NCBI RefSeq assembly: GCF_018780385.1
Contig: NZ_JADMJO010000025.1
Coordinates: 9,994-73,993, forward strand
Source of the DNA: Hydrogenophaga sp.
GTDB lineage: Bacteria > Pseudomonadota > Gammaproteobacteria > Burkholderiales > Burkholderiaceae_C
DNA: 64,000 bases
Reading direction: 5' to 3'
Notes under the pieces: model-generated
Told to the model about the DNA's origin: nothing
The model's input: the letters and a program-made list of their open reading frames with translations, nothing else
Databases searched by the model: none
Part shown: positions 57,836 through 64,000 of the stretch, in pieces
Layout: every line of letters starts with the position of its first letter
How positions within the stretch are numbered: position 1 is the stretch's first letter
Position numbers and translations under genes: made by a program

Positions 57836-58951
57836 TTACTTTTTCCGCTGCCTGCGCATTGGCACCATGAGGTCTTCTGCCAAGCGTGCGGCATCGAATT
57901 TCAGCGACGCTCGCGGGCGGTCTCGCGAGACAGGCTTGTCCGGCCCTGAGAACATTCTCATGGTTCCCGAATTCGGGCTAGCGTCTTGCTCGGCTTGTGT
58001 GCGCCATCCCAGATGATCCGAGGCGTCTAGCATCGCCGCGATGCCGACGTGCATGGCGCGCTGTGTCGGATCCACGTGGTCCAAGAGCCAGGCGGAGAAG
58101 GAGATCGCGTTGGCAAGTTCGCGAAGAACCGTCTCCTCAATCACCCCTAGCATTGAGCCAAAGCCTTGATCCCGTCGGCTACCGCGCTCGAGCAAGAGCC
58201 GCAACTCGATCCGCCCCTTCTCGTCGATCCTCGCCAACGCCCCGCCCTCTTGCGACAGGACCAATGCGTCCTCCTCGATTGAGGTCTCCACCCTTTCTTC
58301 TTTCCCGAAAATTCTCGGGGAGCCGAACATTGCCTGCTGCTGGATGGCGTCGGCCAGACTTTCAGCCTCCAGTTCCGCTGGCCGAAGGATCTGGCGCACT
58401 GGTCCGCATGTCAATGCGAATCGCAGCGCCGTTCCCCCCTGTCCGCGATCCCTCTCGTGACGTGATAGCAGAGCCTCTGCGTCCCGAGCAAGCGCGGAGC
58501 CATCAATCGGCCCTGATGCATGCGCCAGTTCGTAGGTGTGAATGGAGCGCGTAATCAGGGTCCTCAGCTGCTCAGGCGTCTTGAACCCCTCGCGGAACAA
58601 GCCGCCCTGCCAGCCTTGTGCCTCCCTGAGCAGTTCCTGCTGCTTGGGCTCTGGGGTCACGCCTTCCAGTACGAACAGCAGGATGGGCTTGTTGCCTCGC
58701 GCCTCCAAGTATTCCTCGTGGGTGGGTGAGATGCCTGAGCCGGGCTGCGCCTGCCCGTATCGGTCGACCAAGACCAGGGCGACAAGGTCCGCCGATCTCA
58801 GCGCCTGAAGGCAGGCGACCTGAGGCGAGGTAGCTTGCGCGCGGAAGTCCTCCGCCATCACTGGCTCGTGGCCAAGGGAGGTGATTGCGTCGCGCGCGGC
58901 TTGCCGTAGCGCTTCGTAGCCGCCGATCAATGAGCTGATAAAAACTTTCAT
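57836..58951 (-). CDS. DUF4062 (TIR-like) domain protein
   Basis: MKVFISS...LGHEPVMAE...RYG...SPTHEEYLEA; uncharacterised C-terminal half. Confidence 0.8.
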   Translation of the reverse strand: MKVFISSLIGGYEALRQAARDAITSLGHEPVMAEDFRAQATSPQVACLQALRSADLVALVLVDRYGQAQPGSGISPTHEEYLEARGNKPILLFVLEGVTPEPKQQELLREAQGWQGGLFREGFKTPEQLRTLITRSIHTYELAHASGPIDGSALARDAEALLSRHERDRGQGGTALRFALTCGPVRQILRPAELEAESLADAIQQQAMFGSPRIFGKEERVETSIEEDALVLSQEGGALARIDEKGRIELRLLLERGSRRDQGFGSMLGVIEETVLRELANAISFSAWLLDHVDPTQRAMHVGIAAMLDASDHLGWRTQAEQDASPNSGTMRMFSGPDKPVSRDRPRASLKFDAARLAEDLMVPMRRQRKK

Positions 58952-59109
58952 TCGCCCATTCTGCCGTGGGATGCACGTTCAACAGTGCTCTACGATGTGA
59001 CGCCAGAATTGATATCAAGGCCTTTTCTCGGCGCGCAACGGTTGGTTGAGCAGTTGCTCGCCTCATCGCATGTCATTGCCAGCGAAGCCGCCAGACCAAG
59101 CACGCCCTA

Positions 59110-59655
59110 ATGGCCACGAAGAAAACAAGTCCCACATGGAGTGATATCAAGTCCAGTCTTGCCGGCCTGGACCGAACCGACCTGCTTGCCCTGGTTCAAG
59201 ACCTCTACACGGCCAGCAAGGACAACCAGGCATTTCTGCACGCCCGAATGCATTTGGGCGACGATGCCCTCAAGCCCTACAAGGCCGCCATCACCCGCTG
59301 GCTGTGGCCTGATGTGTTCAAGAATCAGGACACCTCAGTAGCCAAAGCCAAGAAGGCGATCGCTGACTACAAAAAGGCCGGTGGCCAGCCTATCGGGCTC
59401 GCAGAACTCAAGGTGTTCTATTGTGAAGAGGCCTCGGGTTTCGCTTGCGAGGTCGGTCTGCAAGACGAAGGCTTCTTTAATGCAATGGTACGAATGTTTG
59501 AGCAGGCGTTACGAGCCATCGGCACTTTGCCTGATGCACAGCGGCCCGCGTACTGGCTGCGCCTTGATGCGGTCCGGCAGCGATGTCACGACCTTGGCTA
59601 CGGAGTGAGCGACGAAATGCATGACTTGTGGGCTGCGCACGTGGACGATGTCTGA
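59110..59655 (+). CDS. hypothetical helical protein
   Basis: 181-aa ORF overlapping the start of the helicase gene. Confidence 0.7.
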   Translation: MATKKTSPTWSDIKSSLAGLDRTDLLALVQDLYTASKDNQAFLHARMHLGDDALKPYKAAITRWLWPDVFKNQDTSVAKAKKAIADYKKAGGQPIGLAELKVFYCEEASGFACEVGLQDEGFFNAMVRMFEQALRAIGTLPDAQRPAYWLRLDAVRQRCHDLGYGVSDEMHDLWAAHVDDV

Positions 59656-62083
59656 AACCGAAAAAATCGCGGGGCTGCAGGCCGAGAACGCGCGGCTGGT
59701 GGCGTTGCTGGAAGCGCACGGTATCGAATGGCATCCGCGGCCTTCGACAGATGATCGGTCCGTGTCAGCAGCCGAGGCCGAACCGCAACCGGCGCGTTCC
59801 AGTCTCACCACTGCTGAAAAAGTGGCCCTGTTCCAGCGGCTTTTCCGGGGACGCACCGACGTGTACCCAGTTCGCTGGGAAAGCAAAACCTCGGGCAAGT
59901 CGGGCTATGCCCCGGCTTGTGGGAACGAATGGCGCGCCGGCGTCTGCGAGAAGCCTCGCATCAAGTGCGGTGACTGCAATCAACGGCTCCTGCTTCCCCT
60001 GTCAGATGCGGTGATCTATGACCATCTGGCAGGCAAACAAACGGTGGGCGTCTACCCACTTCTGGAAGACGACGCTTGTCACTTCCTTGCGGTCGACTTC
60101 GACGAAGCCGAATGGCGACAGGACGCCCTCGCATTCATGCAGTCATGCAACGAGTTGGGCGTCCCAATGGCGCTGGAGATTTCGCGCTCGGGGCAGGGCG
60201 CACATGCCTGGGTGTTCTTCGCTGGACGTGTACCGGCTCGCGATGCGCGACGCATGGGCACCGCCATCATCAGCCACACTTGTGCGCGCACCCGGCAGTT
60301 GAAGCTGGCGTCCTACGACCGCTTGTTTCCCAACCAGGACACCATGCCCAAAGGCGGCTTTGGCAACCTGATCGCCTTGCCCTTGCAGAAGCACCCGCGC
60401 GAGAACGGATGCAGTGTGTTTGTGGACTCGGAGTTGCGACCGTACCGCGACCAGTGGGCGTTTCTCGCATCCGTTCAACCGATGGCGCCGCACGACATCG
60501 AGCCCACCATCCTGCGCGCCACCGGGGGGTTACATCCCCTGGATGTCACCTTCATTGATGATGAGGACTTGGCGACGCCTTGGAAGCGCGAGGTCATCAA
60601 GGCCAATCGGTTGATGGGCGCGATGCCCGATGCCCTGACGGTGACGTTGGCCAATCTGGTTTATTTTGAGAAGCCAGCGTTGCCCCAGGCGCTGGCCAAT
60701 CGGCTGATCCGCCTCGCCGCATTCCAGAACCCTGAGTTCTACAAGGCTCAGGCGATGCGCATGTCGGTATGGGACAAGCCGCGAGTCATCGGAAATGCCG
60801 AGAACTATCCACAACACATCGCTCTGCCGCGCGGATGCCTTGAGGCCGCTCAAACCCTGTTGAAGGACAACGGCATTCGCTGCGACCTGCGAGACGAAAG
60901 GTTTTGCGGTGAGGCCATAGACGCGGACTTCGTCGGTACGCTTCGGCCAGATCAAGAGCAGGCCGTCGTTGCCATGCTGCAGCACGACACCGGGGTGCTG
61001 TGCGCACCCACAGCGTTCGGGAAGACAGTGACGGCGGCTGCCATCATCACCCGGCGTGGTGTCAACACCTTGGTGCTCGTTCACCGCACCGAGCTGCTCA
61101 AACAATGGCAGGAGCGTCTGCAGACTTTCCTCGGCCTGGACAACCGTGGCCGCAATGGGGTTGTCGGCACCATCGGCGGCGGCAAGGCCAAACCCACCGG
61201 CCAGATCGACATTGCCGTGATGCAGTCGCTATCACGCCAGGGTGAGGTGAATGCGCTGGTCGAGAACTACGGGCAAGTCGTTGTGGACGAGTGCCACCAT
61301 GTGGGTGCTACCTCTTTCGATGCGATTCTCAAGCGGACCAAGGCCAAATACGTTCTCGGACTCACGGCAACGCCGGTGCGCCGTGATGGCCAGCAGCCCA
61401 TCATCTTCATGCAATGTGGTCCCATTCGACACACGGCCACCAGACCGGCCAGTGCACCGCACGACCTGGAGGTGGTGCCGCGATCTCGGTTCGCCCGCAT
61501 CGACCTACCGGGCACAGCTGGAATTCAAGACGTGTTTCGGCACATTGCCTCGGACCTCGCTCGCACCGAAGCCATTGCTGCTGAGATCGCAGCGGCCTTT
61601 GAACAAGGCCGCAAGGTACTGGTTCTCACCGAACGCACAGAGCACCTCGACGCCCTTCTCGTGTGCCTTGGCACCAGAATGGCAAAGCCATTTGTATTGC
61701 ACGGACGGATGTCCAAGAAGCAGCGGGCCGCCTTGATCGAAGAGCTTGAGTCACTGCCGCCCGAGGCCCCTCGTATCCTCTTGGCCACAGGAAAACTGGT
61801 GGGTGAGGGTTTCGATCACCCACCGCTGGACACCTTGGTGCTTGCCATGCCGGTGTCCTGGAAGGGCACGCTGCAACAGTACGCTGGCCGCCTGCATCGT
61901 GAGCACGCCAGCAAGGTCGACGTGCGGATCATCGACTTCGTCGATACGGGCCACCCGGCGTTGGTGCGGATGTGGGAGAAGCGCCAGCGCGGTTACCGCG
62001 CGATGGGGTACCGAATGGCGTTGGACTCGAGCAGCAGCGCGGGTGTTTTGCCGCCCCTTTTTGTTGCCGGGCAAGCTACCTGA
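59648..62083 (+). CDS. AEP-primase-like (TOTE-type) domain fused to SF2 DEAD/DEAH helicase
   Basis: FRGRTDVY, AVDFD, SRSGQGAH, GNLIALPLQ; APTAFGKT, VDECHH, LTATP, GRLHR. Confidence 0.85.
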   Translation: MSETEKIAGLQAENARLVALLEAHGIEWHPRPSTDDRSVSAAEAEPQPARSSLTTAEKVALFQRLFRGRTDVYPVRWESKTSGKSGYAPACGNEWRAGVCEKPRIKCGDCNQRLLLPLSDAVIYDHLAGKQTVGVYPLLEDDACHFLAVDFDEAEWRQDALAFMQSCNELGVPMALEISRSGQGAHAWVFFAGRVPARDARRMGTAIISHTCARTRQLKLASYDRLFPNQDTMPKGGFGNLIALPLQKHPRENGCSVFVDSELRPYRDQWAFLASVQPMAPHDIEPTILRATGGLHPLDVTFIDDEDLATPWKREVIKANRLMGAMPDALTVTLANLVYFEKPALPQALANRLIRLAAFQNPEFYKAQAMRMSVWDKPRVIGNAENYPQHIALPRGCLEAAQTLLKDNGIRCDLRDERFCGEAIDADFVGTLRPDQEQAVVAMLQHDTGVLCAPTAFGKTVTAAAIITRRGVNTLVLVHRTELLKQWQERLQTFLGLDNRGRNGVVGTIGGGKAKPTGQIDIAVMQSLSRQGEVNALVENYGQVVVDECHHVGATSFDAILKRTKAKYVLGLTATPVRRDGQQPIIFMQCGPIRHTATRPASAPHDLEVVPRSRFARIDLPGTAGIQDVFRHIASDLARTEAIAAEIAAAFEQGRKVLVLTERTEHLDALLVCLGTRMAKPFVLHGRMSKKQRAALIEELESLPPEAPRILLATGKLVGEGFDHPPLDTLVLAMPVSWKGTLQQYAGRLHREHASKVDVRIIDFVDTGHPALVRMWEKRQRGYRAMGYRMALDSSSSAGVLPPLFVAGQAT

Positions 62084-62359
62084 AACATCTTTTTGAGTTT
62101 CGGAGGTAAGCGGATGGCCAACCCATCTTGCACATGACGGTTGTTGATGGTCATCACTCCAACCTGGGGAGTGCGCTGGCTCCCATAGACTTGCGGTGCA
62201 CCGCCACCGTCAGGCGGTCGAGATTTGCACCGATGATGAGTTCCAAGCAGACCATTCTGGATCGCGAGTTGTTCACGCAGGCCCTGCGCCCCATGGGTGA
62301 GGAGGACCTGCTCTATCTCAACCGCATGATGGTTGAGCGCCTGAACCAGCTGGCCCAGG

Positions 62360-62755
62360 CTAACTCGTCACGAGCTTGATGCCCCACAACTTGATCATCG
62401 CCTCAACCCGCGACTCACCCTCGGGCACCAGCTTGAACAGATCGGCTCGCGCCCAGCGCAGGGCGTCCAGACACACAAGCATGTCGTCGCCGATGGCCAC
62501 ATCCACGCTGCGCAATTCGCAGAGGTCGAAAGGGTAAGCGCGGCCGTTGAAAGTGCCAGCCAGGAAGAGCGCGATCTTTTTCGCCTGGCCGGTATCGCAT
62601 TCCTCGGCGATCTTGAGCAACCTGGCGAACGCATGGGCTGCCTGCGCCTGTGCTGTGTTCGCGCACTGCAGCCATTACTCCTGGTCTGCCAGGCGCTTGG
62701 TCATGAACGCGTCGTGATCGACTGAAGGGGCCTTCATGGGTTCAGGCTGGTTCAT
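62360..62755 (-). pseudogene. mobile-element hypothetical gene with in-frame TAA
   Basis: TGQAKKIALFLAGTFNG...FDL..LR; stop at 62675-62677 in frame with ATG 62755. Confidence 0.55.
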
Positions 62756-62791
62756 TTTGGTTTCTGTAGAACTTGATTGAATTCAGCTTAT

Positions 62792-63754
62792 TCAAGGCCT
62801 CATGCTCGGAACAACAGATTCCCAGCCCTCGAGCTCAGAAGCCGATGACTCGTCAAGGCGAACATGCTTTACCCCGTCGGGAGCAGGATCTGAGAGCTCA
62901 ACAAACGAAGCGCTGGCAAGCTGATCTGGGAAGATGGCCACACAGTCGCCAGGCGCCTTGCTGCTTCGATAAATGATGCCTTCAAATCCAGCTTGGCGCA
63001 CGAGGTTCGACAAGATGTGGCTTGGAGCCGGCAATCCGAACTGAGCTGGCCAGAGACGCCAATTGTGCTTCGCTACCGATTCGTGGATGCGAAGTGGCGT
63101 GTTGATCATGAACAGGCTGTTCGCGGGGATCTGCAACTTCTTCTTCAGCTTCTCCGCTCTGGCCGGCAATTTGATTCTTCCCAGAACTCTTGCGAGCGCG
63201 GTGAGCGAGATCATCTCTCGAACGTCAAAAAGCCGGGTGAATGTACCGTGTACAAAAACCGTGGAGTGACTGACTCCGTGCTCAAGCGCCAGTTCTTGCG
63301 GTGTAAGGCCTTGCGTCAGTTCATCGCTGGGCAACACGAATTTTTCTCGGAATGCAGTCTCGTAGTCCTGCGCGATGTACAGCGCTGGCCATGGGTTGAG
63401 CGACGAGGCATCCACATCCAGACCGAGGTTGAAGCGTCCTCCGTAGCCGTGCAAGCTGCCTGCTGCGGAAAGTGGGGCGTTGCCGTATTGATAGGTCACG
63501 ATGCGGACCCACCTCTCCATCACAAGCGTCGCCGGCTCAGTACATGTCAGCGCATCGATGATCTCTTTGTGAAGACGTCTGCGCTCAGGCTCCAAGCCAA
63601 AGTAGAGGACGTCGTGCAACTCATCCAGATCGCTGGAGAGGGTCGCCCAATTGCAAAGATTAGCCTCACTGAAGCGATCAAGCTCATATAGGCCTTGCGG
63701 CTCAGTCGAAGCTGGCGGCCCCTTCCACGGAGGTAGCTGTTTTGGACGGTGCAC
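62792..63754 (-). CDS. long-form RES-domain protein
   Basis: GGRFN, ALYIAQDYETAFRE, FEGIIYRSSK. Confidence 0.8.
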   Translation of the reverse strand: MHRPKQLPPWKGPPASTEPQGLYELDRFSEANLCNWATLSSDLDELHDVLYFGLEPERRRLHKEIIDALTCTEPATLVMERWVRIVTYQYGNAPLSAAGSLHGYGGRFNLGLDVDASSLNPWPALYIAQDYETAFREKFVLPSDELTQGLTPQELALEHGVSHSTVFVHGTFTRLFDVREMISLTALARVLGRIKLPARAEKLKKKLQIPANSLFMINTPLRIHESVAKHNWRLWPAQFGLPAPSHILSNLVRQAGFEGIIYRSSKAPGDCVAIFPDQLASASFVELSDPAPDGVKHVRLDESSASELEGWESVVPSMRP

Positions 63755-64000
63755 TCAGGCGCTTGCCAAGTCAAGCTGTGCGGATGCCCCACGCCTTGCC
63801 ATGATTGCATTGAAAACGAACCGCCGAAGCCGTTCGTATCGTCCGAGTCGAATCATGTCGCGAGGAGAGATGTCCCCAAGCATGGGATTGCGAGCCTTGA
63901 ACCAGGCGACGGTTTTGTCTTCGCTCCCCTCGAAGGTCTGAGCGACCATGTTCATGATGTTGGCAATCTCCTCAATCCGCTCACGCACAGCAAGCGGCAT
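63755..64000 (-). CDS. MbcA/ParS/Xre-type antitoxin, probably 5'-partial
   Basis: WFKARNPMLGDISPRDMIRLG; abuts RES gene. Confidence 0.75.
   Translation of the reverse strand: MPLAVRERIEEIANIMNMVAQTFEGSEDKTVAWFKARNPMLGDISPRDMIRLGRYERLRRFVFNAIMARRGASAQLDLASA

Noticed and set aside
62128-62379. Small + strand ORF after the helicase
   Set aside because: Looks like a truncated fragment overlapping a pseudogene; not enough support to call a product.
1-64000. tRNA, rRNA, cas, retron or reverse transcriptase genes
   Set aside because: No recognisable signatures seen by eye; tRNAscan/Infernal would be needed to exclude them formally.

Overview
GC-rich Betaproteobacterial (Comamonadaceae/Burkholderiales-like) DNA, most likely a large low-copy plasmid or chromid. 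1-9.5 kb and 15.8-18.6 kb hold aerobic cobalamin genes: cobO, cobW, cbtBA, cobN, a chlD-type chelatase with a -1 frameshift signal, DUF1636, bluB, then a btuB fragment, cobB and a decayed second VWA/DUF1636 copy. Between them lies a 6-kb backbone block with a nonsense-interrupted ParM-like actin, its putative adaptor and 37-bp palindromic repeats. That block also has an ~850-nt hairpin-dense non-coding region with a sigma70-like promoter, directly upstream of an intact tyrosine recombinase. 18.8-31.7 kb is accessory cargo (oxidoreductases, GST, LysR, AI-2E/GAF, HPP-CBS, an intact IS5). 32-44.5 kb is the replicon core: recombination-type operon, repA, about 20 iterons, parB, parA, parS-like palindromes and a large resolvase-like recombinase. 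45-64 kb is a Tn4371-like trbG'/trbI remnant followed by a defence-like island. The island carries a YejK/NA37 protein plus membrane protein, a convergent AbiE pair with four palindromes upstream, an orphan TniQ, two RES toxin-antitoxin pairs, DUF4062 and a primase-helicase fusion. The best candidates for something new are the large structured RNA plus recombinase (13.1-15.5 kb), the covarying palindrome cluster at 51.0-51.3 kb and the NA37-membrane pair. All family assignments come from motif recognition by eye; no database search was run.
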